Made by a program: the position numbers and the translations under genes. The notes below the pieces were generated by a model that had not been told where the DNA came from, did not search any database, and worked only from the letters and a program-made list of their open reading frames with translations. A DNA stretch of 64,000 nt. Origin: Pseudomonadota bacterium (GTDB lineage Bacteria; Pseudomonadota; Gammaproteobacteria; Burkholderiales; JAKAFK01). The stretch lies in NCBI GenBank assembly GCA_021788645.1, contig JAJYKK010000002.1, positions 73,481 through 137,480 of the forward strand, in the 5' to 3' direction. Numbering within the stretch: the stretch's first letter is position 1; every line of letters begins with the position of its first letter. Below are positions 1 to 8,873 of this stretch, piece by piece.

Positions 1-2
1 TC

Positions 3-506
3 ACCGACCAGGCATTCGACGAGGAAGGCTTGTCGCTCGCGAGCCCTGCGAGCAACGGCATCGCCAAGACCCATCGCGGCAACTGGGCCTTGTATGCCGT
101 GGCGGACCAGACGATCTGGCAAAGCGCCGCAGAACCCGACCGAACCGTGGCCGTCTTCCTCCGCCCCATGTGGACGCCGCTCGCGGATCGCAACGAGATC
201 GATTTCAGCCTGAATGCCGGCCTTGCGGTTCATGAGCCTTTCCTCCACCGTGACGACGACACGTTCGCGCTGGGGCTGGGCTACGCGCATGTCAGTTCGC
301 ACCTCGTTGCGCTCGACCGCCAGAAGGGTTATCCCGCGCATCACGCCGAAACGATCGTCGAGGCCACCTACCAGTATCAGGCCACCCCCTGGCTTCAACT
401 GCAGCCGGATTTTCAGTACGTGTTCCACCCAGGCGCCGGCATCACCACCGCGCAACCCGTCAAGAATGAAGCCATTGTGGGCCTTCGCGCCAACATCACC
501 TTCTAA
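3..506 (+). CDS. Carbohydrate-selective porin, OprB family (5'-truncated by window edge; C-terminal part only)
   Basis: The reading frame is open from the window start. The C-terminus (QPDFQYVFHPGAG...NEAIVGLRANITF) ends in an aromatic residue, as in OprB-type beta-barrels. The stop lies 10 bp before the next gene. Confidence 0.6.
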   Translation, partial: TDQAFDEEGLSLASPASNGIAKTHRGNWALYAVADQTIWQSAAEPDRTVAVFLRPMWTPLADRNEIDFSLNAGLAVHEPFLHRDDDTFALGLGYAHVSSHLVALDRQKGYPAHHAETIVEATYQYQATPWLQLQPDFQYVFHPGAGITTAQPVKNEAIVGLRANITF

Positions 507-516
507 GGAGAATGCC

Positions 517-1692
517 ATGCCGACACTTTCGACCCGTCCGCCGCGCCGCGCACCCCCAATGCACGCGCGCGCGTTCGTATCCCTGCTGGTTCTGTCGCTC
601 CTTTCACCCATCGGCGCGGCCGCGGCCGACGCGCCCTATCTCGGATCGATCCATCGCCACGTAATGCTCGCGAGCACCACCACGGCGGACGGCGACGGCA
701 ATCCCTATGCCGTGGTGGTGGCTCCCGTCTCCGCGGGAAAGATTCACAGGGACGACGTGCTGATCACCGACTTCAACAACGTCTCGAATCTGCAGGGAAC
801 CGGAGCCGCCATCGTCGACTACCGTCCCGCGACCCGGCAGACCACGATCTTCGCAAGCCTCCCCCAACATCTCCCGCAATGCCCGGGCGGCATCGGATTG
901 ACCACGGCCATGGCCATGCTCAAGAGCGGCTGGGTGATCGTCGGCAGCACCCCGAGCACGGACGGAACCACCCGCACGCTCGGCAAGGGGTGCCTGCTCG
1001 TGCTCGATCCCACCGGAAAGCTCGCGGCGACCTGGTCGGGCCCTGCGATCGACGACCCATGGGGGAACATGGCGGCCATCGACGAGGGGAGCCGCGCCAC
1101 CCTTTTTGTCAGCATGTCCGGCTTCGGGGTCCCCGCACTCAACGTCCACGATCCGAAGACGGGCTTCCCGGTCACGGTCCGCGCGGCAACCGTGTTGCGC
1201 ATCGCTCTGTCCATTGCCCAAGGCAGGCCGCCGGTGATCACGCAGGAGACGGTCGTGGCCAACGGCTTCGGCCAGCGCGCGGACCGCGACGCCTTTCTGA
1301 TCGGCCCGACCGGCATCGCGCTGGATGCCAAGGGCACGCTGTATGTGTCGGACGCGCTCGCGAACCGAATCGCCGCGATCGACGACGCACCCACGCGCAC
1401 AACGAGCGCCGGGCTGGGACGCACGGTGACCGACGGCGGCCTGCTCAGGCGTCCCCTGGCCATGACCATGGCCTCAAACGGCGACCTTCTGGTCACCAAC
1501 GGAAACAACGGACAAGTTGTCGAAATCAACCCGGCGACGGGCAAACAGCGCGCGGCCCAGTGGATCGACGCCGACGAGGCGCAGTCACCCCCGGGCAATC
1601 ACGATCTGTTCGGCATCGCCATGATGCCGGACGGCAACGGGTTCTACTACGTCGAAGACGACGCCAACGCGCTCATGGAGGCGACACGATGA
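517..1692 (+). CDS. Secreted NHL-repeat / beta-propeller-like protein of unknown function
   Basis: ATG at 517 is preceded by AAGGAG (505-510). The N-terminus is signal-peptide-like (FVSLLVLSLLSPIGAAAADA). NHL-like repeats are present (LYVSDALANRIAAID, DLLVTNGNNGQVVEINPATG). The track ORF 214..1692 carries an implausible N-terminal extension. Confidence 0.6.
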   Translation: MPTLSTRPPRRAPPMHARAFVSLLVLSLLSPIGAAAADAPYLGSIHRHVMLASTTTADGDGNPYAVVVAPVSAGKIHRDDVLITDFNNVSNLQGTGAAIVDYRPATRQTTIFASLPQHLPQCPGGIGLTTAMAMLKSGWVIVGSTPSTDGTTRTLGKGCLLVLDPTGKLAATWSGPAIDDPWGNMAAIDEGSRATLFVSMSGFGVPALNVHDPKTGFPVTVRAATVLRIALSIAQGRPPVITQETVVANGFGQRADRDAFLIGPTGIALDAKGTLYVSDALANRIAAIDDAPTRTTSAGLGRTVTDGGLLRRPLAMTMASNGDLLVTNGNNGQVVEINPATGKQRAAQWIDADEAQSPPGNHDLFGIAMMPDGNGFYYVEDDANALMEATR

Positions 1693-3029
1693 ACGCAGAA
1701 GACAAGCGGTCACGACGGGCTTTCTTCAAGAGCACCGCCGCGCTGGCCGCAACCACCGGCGCGGGACTGGTCGCCGGACCCACAGCCCAGGCCCTGGCAG
1801 CCGGCTCGGCCAGGGACGGCCAAGCCGTCGGTTCTGCCATCGAGCCCTTCTGGGGCCGCCATCAAGGCGGCATCGCGACGCCCCCGCAACGCCACGTCTA
1901 CTTCGCGGCCTTCGATCTAGACACGCCAAAGCGAAGCGACCTGGCCGCGCTCCTCAAGGCTTGGACTGCTGCCGCATTCCGGATGAGCCGCGGCGAAACC
2001 GCCCAACCCCGGGAGGCAGGACTGCACACGGCAAACGCCCCGACCGCGGGAGGAGCGCGTCCCGGGTATGCAGCGCGCAACCCCGTTGGGGCGCCGGCCG
2101 ATACCGGAGAGGTCACGGGCATGACGCCCCATCGCCTCACCGTGACCTTCGGCTTCGGTCCCGGCCTATTCACCAAAGGCGGCGAGGACCGCTATGGGCT
2201 CGCGGCGCGGCGCCCGGAGGCCCTCGTGGACCTGCCGCCCTTTCCCGGCGACCAGCTGGTCGAAACCCACAGCGGCGGCGATCTTTGCATTCAGGCCTGC
2301 GCGGACGACCCGCAAGTCGCCTTTCATGCCGTGCGGCAGCTCGCACGCATCGCATCCGGCAGCGCACAGATCCGCTGGGCGCAGACGGGCTTTCTCCCGG
2401 AGGTCCCGGCCGGGCAGGCCGCACGCAATCTGATGGGCTTCAAGGACGGGATCATGAATCCTGCCCCCCACCAGATGGACCGGATCGTCTGGATCGGTGC
2501 GGAAGGGCCGAACTGGTTGCGCGGCGGCAGTTATCTCGTGGCGCGGCGCATCCGCATCGCCCTCGAGCATTGGGACAGCATGCGTGTCGCCTTCCAGGAA
2601 CAGGTGGTCGGAAGACACAAATTGAGCGGCGCCCCGCTCGGCCAGGAGCGGGAATCGGCTCCCCTGGACCTCGACGCGAAAGACAAGGACGGAAACCCGA
2701 TCATTCCGGAAAATGCCCATGTTCGCCTCTCGGCGGCCGCAGCGAACGCAGGCGCCATGATCCTGCGGCGGGGCTATTCCTACAACAATGGGGTCGATCT
2801 CACGGCGGAGCGCTGGCCCCCCTGGCGCGAAGGGCTCGAATACGACGCGGGCCTTCTCTTCCTCGCCTTCCAGCGTGACCCGCGTACCGGCTTCATCCGG
2901 CTCTTCGACAAGCTCTCGCGATTCGACATGATGAACCAGTTCGTCACCCACGTCGGCAGCGCGCTTTTCGCCTGTCCCCAGGGCGCGGCCCCAGGCGAAT
3001 TCATCGGGCAACGCCTGCTGGAAGACTAG
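1689..3029 (+). CDS. Tat-exported DyP-type (EfeB-like) haem peroxidase
   Basis: ATG at 1689 overlaps the upstream stop (ATGA). It has a twin-arginine signal (KRSRRAFFKSTAALAA), a GFKDG motif, a conserved NAHVRL His and an ILRRGYSY Arg. The true start is internal to track ORF 879..3029. Confidence 0.85.
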   Translation: MNAEDKRSRRAFFKSTAALAATTGAGLVAGPTAQALAAGSARDGQAVGSAIEPFWGRHQGGIATPPQRHVYFAAFDLDTPKRSDLAALLKAWTAAAFRMSRGETAQPREAGLHTANAPTAGGARPGYAARNPVGAPADTGEVTGMTPHRLTVTFGFGPGLFTKGGEDRYGLAARRPEALVDLPPFPGDQLVETHSGGDLCIQACADDPQVAFHAVRQLARIASGSAQIRWAQTGFLPEVPAGQAARNLMGFKDGIMNPAPHQMDRIVWIGAEGPNWLRGGSYLVARRIRIALEHWDSMRVAFQEQVVGRHKLSGAPLGQERESAPLDLDAKDKDGNPIIPENAHVRLSAAAANAGAMILRRGYSYNNGVDLTAERWPPWREGLEYDAGLLFLAFQRDPRTGFIRLFDKLSRFDMMNQFVTHVGSALFACPQGAAPGEFIGQRLLED

Positions 3030-3229
3030 CTGCGCGGACCGCCTCGCCCAAACGAGGCAGCGGGCGATCCCACAACCCCGGCAGACCCGCGCACCCCCGT
3101 CCGATCTGCTAGGATGAACATCAATCAGGCCGCGCCCAACCGGTCCGGAAAAACGAACGGCCGGAACCCCCCGGCCAGCGACCCACGCGGAGCCGCACCC
3201 GCTGCATCCGCGATCCTTGGAGGTCTTCG

Positions 3230-3481
3230 ATGACGGCACCGAGCACGGCAAGTCCCCGCGATCTCTCGCTCCTGGAGGAGTGCTTTCCTCGCGTGGCGGA
3301 GAAGATTGCCAGCCTATGGCCCGATCGCCTTCTGGCGGGCGGATTCTTCGAACTCGTGTTCGACACCCGCGGCAACCGGAGAGGTTTTCCGGCGGGAGCC
3401 ATGGGGGAACTTCTCTTCCTCCATGGGCTTTGTCTGGAGCGTGCGCGCCCGGGAGCCGCACCTCGGTCGGCCCGCCGTTGA
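3230..3481 (+). CDS. Small hypothetical protein (83 aa)
   Basis: GGAGG lies 7 nt upstream of the ATG. The motif LW....L...L..D.RGNR.GFP......EL.FLH resembles small conserved hypothetical proteins of beta/gammaproteobacteria as I recall them. No search was possible. Confidence 0.5.
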   Translation: MTAPSTASPRDLSLLEECFPRVAEKIASLWPDRLLAGGFFELVFDTRGNRRGFPAGAMGELLFLHGLCLERARPGAAPRSARR

Positions 3482-3544
3482 CGCCCGGTCGCGGGCGCCG
3501 CGGCGGGGACGGTCCCAGCGGATTCCTGGGGCGGATGCGCGGCC

Positions 3545-4024
3545 TCAGTGCGAGTGGCCGTGTGGCCCATGGATGTGGCCGTGGGCCACTTCCTCGGCGG
3601 TCGCCGCACGCACCTCTTCGACCTGACACGTGATGGCCAGCGTCTGCCCCGCCAGCGGGTGATTCGCATCCACCACGACTTTCCCCTCGGCAATGTCAGT
3701 CACCGTGTAGATCATGGCGTCCTCGGCGTTTTCCGCCGCGCCCTCGAACTGCATCCCGACGCTTACGTTTTCCGGAAAAGCCTCGCGCGCCTCCACGCGG
3801 ACGAGCTCCGCATCATATTCGCCGAAGGCATCCTCGGGCGGCAGTTCGACATGCAGGCTGTCGCCGACCGCCTTGCCTTCCAGCGCGGCTTCCAGGGCTG
3901 GGAATATGCCATGATAGCCGCCGTGCAGGTAGGCCACCGGCTCGGCGCTTTTTTCCAGCACTTTCCCGCTCTTGTCGCTCAATTCATAGCTGATCGAGAC
4001 GACCGTGTCTTTTCCGATTTGCAT
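3545..4024 (-). CDS. slyD: FKBP-type peptidyl-prolyl cis-trans isomerase SlyD
   Basis: N-terminus MQIGKDTVVSISYEL..., an IF-domain, and a His-rich C-terminal tail (HGHIHGPHGHSH). Confidence 0.9.
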   Translation of the reverse strand: MQIGKDTVVSISYELSDKSGKVLEKSAEPVAYLHGGYHGIFPALEAALEGKAVGDSLHVELPPEDAFGEYDAELVRVEAREAFPENVSVGMQFEGAAENAEDAMIYTVTDIAEGKVVVDANHPLAGQTLAITCQVEEVRAATAEEVAHGHIHGPHGHSH

Positions 4025-4027
4025 GGA

Positions 4028-4495
4028 TTACCTCAATTCCTTGATCAGTTTCAGGACTTCCGCCGCATGACCCTTGGCATTCACGCCGTAGAGCGCATGA
4101 CACACCACGCCCTGTTTATCGATGATGAAAGTGGACCGCACGATCCCCAGGCGCTTGACGCCCTCCTTTTCCCTTTCCTGCAGCACGCCGTACAGGGCGG
4201 CGACTTCCCCTTCCGAATCGGCGAGCAGTCGCACGGCGAGCCCATGCTTGTCGCGGAAGGCCGCATGGCTGATGCAATCATCCCGGCTGACCCCGAGCAC
4301 GACGGTATCACGCGCCGCGAAGTCGTCCTCCATGTCGCTGAAGTCTATCGCCTCGAGCGTACACCCAGGCGTGTCGTCTTTGGGATAGAAATACAGCACC
4401 ACGCGTTTCTTCTTCTTGAAGTCAGATAGTTGCAGCATTTCCATATCCGCGTCCGGCAATGCGAAGTCCGGCGCAACCTGTCCCGCTTGCAACAT
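4028..4495 (-). CDS. bcp: Thiol peroxidase / peroxiredoxin Bcp
   Basis: VVLYFYPKDDTPGCTLEA peroxidatic-Cys motif. 155 aa. GAGGAG RBS. Its stop lies 3 bp upstream of the slyD start. Confidence 0.9.
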   Translation of the reverse strand: MLQAGQVAPDFALPDADMEMLQLSDFKKKKRVVLYFYPKDDTPGCTLEAIDFSDMEDDFAARDTVVLGVSRDDCISHAAFRDKHGLAVRLLADSEGEVAALYGVLQEREKEGVKRLGIVRSTFIIDKQGVVCHALYGVNAKGHAAEVLKLIKELR

Positions 4496-4596
4496 AGCCG
4501 CTCCTCAATGATCATACTGAATTTTATTCAATTTGGAGGCCCCCTGAAGTTAAATTCAGCACCCGCCGCGGGACTACCGAGAAATCCTCGCGCGCC

Positions 4597-5367
4597 TCAC
4601 GGCGCAATCTGGCGCCAGCCGAAACCCACTGCCTGATCGGCGCAGCCCACCCATTCCGGTGCACACCCCAGTGCCCCGGCCAGCGCGGCGCGCGCCAGCC
4701 CGGGCGTATTGTTCTCCTCGCTCAAATGCGCCGCGACGACATGCTGCAACCGGCTTTGGTCGAGACCCGCGAGCAGGCTCGCCGCGGCCGCGTTGTCGAG
4801 ATGACCGAAGCGGCCCGATATCCGCACCTTGAGTGCGGGCGGGTAGCCGCTGGCGCGAAGCATCCCCAGGTCATGGTTGCACTCCAGCACGAGGGCATCG
4901 CAACGGCGCAAGACGGCCTCGATGTGCGCGGTCGCGCACCCCGCATCAGTAAGAACGCCCAAGCGCCTGGCGCCGTCGCCCAGGACGTATTGCACGGGTT
5001 CGCGCGCGTCGTGCGGCACCGGAAACGGCTCGATTTCGATGTCGCCGATCCGGAAGCGCTGATGAATGTCCACGAGATTGAAGTCGGGAAGATCAGGGTA
5101 AGCCGTCTGAAGGGCCGCAACCGTCCCATGGGTGGCCCATGTCGGCAGAACATGTTTGCGCGCCAAGCGGATGGCGCCCGATGCATGGTCTCCGTGCTCG
5201 TGCGTCAGCACCACCCCGGTCAGCGCCTGGGGCGTCAGGCCGAGCCGGGCGAGCCGGGCAGTCGTCTCCGCAAGGCCGAAGCCGCAATCCACCAGGATGC
5301 AACTGGCGCCGCACTGGACCACCAGCGCATTGCCCCGGCTGCCACTGCCGAGGCTTGCAAAGCGCAT
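4597..5367 (-). CDS. MBL-fold metallo-hydrolase
   Basis: THEHGDH metal-binding motif and N-terminal GSGSRGNALVV..ILVDCGF. The start overlaps the bamC stop by 1 nt (TAATG). Confidence 0.85.
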   Translation of the reverse strand: MRFASLGSGSRGNALVVQCGASCILVDCGFGLAETTARLARLGLTPQALTGVVLTHEHGDHASGAIRLARKHVLPTWATHGTVAALQTAYPDLPDFNLVDIHQRFRIGDIEIEPFPVPHDAREPVQYVLGDGARRLGVLTDAGCATAHIEAVLRRCDALVLECNHDLGMLRASGYPPALKVRISGRFGHLDNAAAASLLAGLDQSRLQHVVAAHLSEENNTPGLARAALAGALGCAPEWVGCADQAVGFGWRQIAP

Positions 5368-6506
5368 TATTTCAACTGTTCGTACAACAGATCGACGATG
5401 CGCGTGGCCGTCTTGGGATCCGCAACCCCGCCGTCATGCCCCAGCACCTCGACCAGGCTTCCGGTTCCCGATTGGGTCACGCGAACCTGATAGCGCGTTT
5501 GAGGCGGCTTCTTCTCGCTGCGCCAGAAGGCAAGCTTGGAGAAGAAGCCCCCACGCTTCTGCGTGCCCGCAGTGGGGTCGACATAGCGCACGTAATAGAC
5601 GCCCTTGGAACGATCCTGGTCCACGACGGTGAAGCCCACGCGGTCGAGCGCGAGCCCGACGCGGTCCCACGCGCGGTCGAAGCCGTCATCGACGGTCAGC
5701 GTGGCGGCGCCATCGGCACCCTGCACGATATGGGCGCGCACCTGTGCGGCGGGTGCCGCCAGCATGGCATTCGCCTGTGCCTTGGCGACGCCGAAGCGCG
5801 CCATGAGGCGAGCCAGCATTTCCGCCTCCAGGCCGGGATCGGGCGGCATGGGTTCCCAGACGCTCGGCCCGCCGTCGTCGCCATGTTCCACGACCTCATA
5901 CATCCCTTGGTGGCTGATGTAGACTTCGGTCGTCCCGGGCACCCGTCCTCGCTCCAGCCGCGTGCGGAACTTGTCCCGCTGCGGCGTGGAATAGACCTGG
6001 TCCAGGAATTTTCCGAGGAAGTTCCGGATCACGCCCTGCGGAATATTCGCCCGATTCTCGGCCCAGTTCGTCACCATGATGCCGGCCGCGGGATGCTCCT
6101 CGACGACCGTGAAGCCGACGGAATGCCAGAACGCCTTGACGACCGGCCAGACCTTCGCCGGCGGCTCATTCACCACCAGCCAGCGCTCCGACCCTGCCCG
6201 CTCGAGCGTGACTTTCGGCTGCACAGGCAGAATGCCCGAGGTGCCGGCCGAGGTTTGCGTCTGCGCGATCTGGTGCGTCTGGGCGTACGTCGAATAGGTG
6301 GTCTGGCCGGGGGTGCCCGCGGCTCCGGGAATGGCGAAGCGCTGATCGGTCGTCGGGGTCGTCAGATTGGGCGGCACCTCGAGCGAGGGGAGCTCGGTGG
6401 CGCCGTTGTAGTCGATCTTTTTCCCCGTGAGGGACAAGGAGCCGCAACCTCCCAAGATTAGGCTGAGAAGGGCCAACGTTGCAACCGGAAATCTAGAACC
6501 TTTCAT
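5367..6506 (-). CDS. bamC: Outer membrane protein assembly factor BamC (NlpB) lipoprotein
   Basis: Lipobox LSLILGGC. Positioned immediately downstream of dapA, as in beta/gammaproteobacteria. 379 aa. Confidence 0.8.
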   Translation of the reverse strand: MKGSRFPVATLALLSLILGGCGSLSLTGKKIDYNGATELPSLEVPPNLTTPTTDQRFAIPGAAGTPGQTTYSTYAQTHQIAQTQTSAGTSGILPVQPKVTLERAGSERWLVVNEPPAKVWPVVKAFWHSVGFTVVEEHPAAGIMVTNWAENRANIPQGVIRNFLGKFLDQVYSTPQRDKFRTRLERGRVPGTTEVYISHQGMYEVVEHGDDGGPSVWEPMPPDPGLEAEMLARLMARFGVAKAQANAMLAAPAAQVRAHIVQGADGAATLTVDDGFDRAWDRVGLALDRVGFTVVDQDRSKGVYYVRYVDPTAGTQKRGGFFSKLAFWRSEKKPPQTRYQVRVTQSGTGSLVEVLGHDGGVADPKTATRIVDLLYEQLK

Positions 6507-6564
6507 GCGTGTCCCTGCGTGTAAGAGTGTCTGGAACGGGGCAGGCGATGTCGGCGCATCGCGC

Positions 6565-7446
6565 TCAAGGCATCAATCCTGCGGCATGCATCGCATGCCG
6601 GAGCGTGTCATGGTGAGATGCGGACAGCGGCGTCAGGGGCAGGCGAATCCCCCCGGCGATCAGGCCCAGCTGCTCCAAGGCCCATTTCACCGGAATAGGG
6701 TTCGCTTCCACGAACAGCTTCTGGTGCAGCTCCAGAAGGCGCTCGTTGATCGCCTTGGCCGTCTCCAGGTGCCCGCCGAAGGCCGCCTCGCACATTTCAT
6801 GCATCAGCCTGGGGGCCACGTTGGCGGTCACCGAAACCGTGCCATGCCCGCCGAGCAACATGAGCGCAAGGCTGCTCGCATCGTCTCCGCTGAAGACCGA
6901 GAAGCCTTGCGGCGCCCGGCGCAACAGGTCCGCCCCGCGCTCCATGTTCCCCGTCGCGTCTTTGATGCCCACGACGTTCGGAATCTGCGCGAGCCTCAGA
7001 ACGGTCTCATTGGCCAAGTCGCATGCCGTGCGACCCGGCACGTTGTACAAAATGAGCGGCAGATCCTGTGCTTCCGCGATCGCCTTGAAATGCCGATAAA
7101 GCCCTTCCTGGGTGGGCTTATTGTAATACGGCACCACCGACAGGCTGAAATCGGCGCCGCGGGCTTTCGCGCAACCGGCCAGCTCGATGGCTTCCCGGGT
7201 CGAGTTGGCCCCGGTCCCGGCGATCACCGGGATGCGCCCGCGCGCATGCTGAACGACGACCTCGATCAACCGGCAGTGCTCATCGAAATCCACCGTCGGC
7301 GATTCGCCTGTGGTCCCCACGACAACGATGCCGTCCGTCCCCGCGTCCACGTGGAAGTCGACCAGACGGCGCATGCCCTCAAGGTCCAGGCTCCCGTCCG
7401 GATGCATGGGCGTCACGACCGCCACCAAGCTGCCCTTAAGCGTCAT
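6565..7446 (-). CDS. dapA: 4-hydroxy-tetrahydrodipicolinate synthase
   Basis: [10 protein letters not shown]...[13 protein letters not shown] and YNVPGRT motifs. 293 aa. Confidence 0.95.
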   Translation of the reverse strand: MTLKGSLVAVVTPMHPDGSLDLEGMRRLVDFHVDAGTDGIVVVGTTGESPTVDFDEHCRLIEVVVQHARGRIPVIAGTGANSTREAIELAGCAKARGADFSLSVVPYYNKPTQEGLYRHFKAIAEAQDLPLILYNVPGRTACDLANETVLRLAQIPNVVGIKDATGNMERGADLLRRAPQGFSVFSGDDASSLALMLLGGHGTVSVTANVAPRLMHEMCEAAFGGHLETAKAINERLLELHQKLFVEANPIPVKWALEQLGLIAGGIRLPLTPLSASHHDTLRHAMHAAGLMP

Positions 7447-7611
7447 TATGATTACACATGAAATCCGCCTGCACAGGCGGCAAGGCCGTCATCCCAAGGC
7501 GCTCCGCCTTCAGGATAGGGGCCGGTTAACGATATTCCGCGCGCCTTGGCCGGTGACGCAGGCATGCCCCTGGCGCCGCCCATGGTCAAGACGATGGTAT
7601 ACGAGGCTGCT

Positions 7612-7657
7612 CGCGCCCCTCGCCCCACTTCGACAGGCTCGAAGGCGCGCCCCTCGC
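7612..7657. repeat. 12-bp direct repeat CGCGCCCCTCGC (7612-7623 and 7646-7657) flanking an inverted repeat CTTCGA-N5-TCGAAG (7628-7644)
   Basis: Read directly from the sequence in the fliR-dapA spacer. Confidence 0.9.
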
Positions 7658-7771
7658 GCAACGGCGTTAGTGTACAGCAAACTCGCATACCCCGAAAATA
7701 CTTCGTCGCGCATCGGGCAGCCGCCTTGCGCCGAGCGCCCTCGATCGTCGGCTGGGGCACCGCGGTCGCGA

Positions 7772-8563
7772 TCATCCGCGGGGGGCGGCCAACTGCACCA
7801 CCTCCAGCATCATCGCCACGGCATCCCGCCAGAACCGCTCCAGCAGCGGCAAGGCAAACGGCAGCGTGAGGTACAGGATGGCGAAGCCGGCCGCCAGCGT
7901 GATCGGGAAACCGACGGAAAAGATGTTGATTTGCGGTGCCGCCCGCGTCATGACGCCGATGGCGAGATTCGTGATGAGGAGCGTCGCGACGACGGGCAGG
8001 GAAAGCCAGGCGGCAGCCAGGAAGATGTCCGCCCCCCATTGTCCGAGCAGGCGCCAGCCATCCCCCGACAACAAGGCGGCGGAGACCGGCAGCACATGAA
8101 AGCTCTCGGCCAGCGCGGAAAGCACCATCAAGTGCCCGTTGAACGAGAAGAAGACCAGAATGGCGAAAAGATTGGTGAACTCGCCCAGCACCGGAACCTG
8201 TGCGGCGTTCTGCGGATCCATCAGGGTGGCGAAACCCAGGCCCATCTGCAGGCCGATATACTGGCCGGCGGTCTCCACACCGGCCAGGACCACGCGCAAA
8301 ACCAGCCCCATGGCCGTTCCGATCACGATCTGCTGCATCAGAATGAGGAGCCCGGCGGCCGATCCCGGGTCGACCGCGGGAAAGGGGCCCAGCGTCGGGG
8401 AAAGCACGAACGCGACGAGGAGCGCGAGACCGATCTTCACGCGGGCCGGCACCGAGGGGCTACCGACAATGGGATCCGTCGAGAACAAGGCGATGATGCG
8501 GGCGAAGGGCCAAGCGTACGCGGCGAGCCACGCCGCAAGCTGCGCCGAAGTCACGGTGATCAC
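7772..8563 (-). CDS. fliR: Flagellar export gate protein FliR
   Basis: 263-aa polytopic membrane protein following fliQ. Typical FliR sequence (GLQMGLGFATLMDP). Confidence 0.93.
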   Translation of the reverse strand: MITVTSAQLAAWLAAYAWPFARIIALFSTDPIVGSPSVPARVKIGLALLVAFVLSPTLGPFPAVDPGSAAGLLILMQQIVIGTAMGLVLRVVLAGVETAGQYIGLQMGLGFATLMDPQNAAQVPVLGEFTNLFAILVFFSFNGHLMVLSALAESFHVLPVSAALLSGDGWRLLGQWGADIFLAAAWLSLPVVATLLITNLAIGVMTRAAPQINIFSVGFPITLAAGFAILYLTLPFALPLLERFWRDAVAMMLEVVQLAAPRG

Positions 8564-8583
8564 GTGTCGCCTTCAGCCCGAAA

Positions 8584-8853
8584 TTATCCCACCATGCCGG
8601 GAATGCTCCGGAACAGCTGCACGGTGTAGTCGACCAGTTCCTGAATCATCCAGGGGCCCGCCAGCACGACGATCGCGAACGTGACGAGGAGCTTGGGGAT
8701 GAACGTCAGGGTCATCTCGTTGATCTGCGTGGCCGCCTGGAAGATGCTGACCAGCAACCCTGTCGCGAGCCCCCCCAGGAGCATCGGCGCAGAGACCAGG
8801 AACGCGATCCACAATGCATGCTGGGCGATGCTTACGACCGACTCGGGCGTCAT
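8584..8853 (-). CDS. fliQ: Flagellar export gate protein FliQ
   Basis: 89 aa, with SIFQAATQINEMTLTFIPK motif. Confidence 0.95.
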   Translation of the reverse strand: MTPESVVSIAQHALWIAFLVSAPMLLGGLATGLLVSIFQAATQINEMTLTFIPKLLVTFAIVVLAGPWMIQELVDYTVQLFRSIPGMVG

Positions 8854-8873
8854 GCGCGGTGCCTCCCCTTATC

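Noticed and set aside
879-3029. 716-aa reading of the DyP ORF (and 492 aa for 214-1692, 283 aa for fliO, 473 aa for fliK, among others)
   Set aside because: The track reports maximal ORFs. Their N-terminal extensions overlap upstream genes in another frame and look non-proteinaceous. Internal starts with RBS, stop-start overlaps and family-typical N-termini were preferred.
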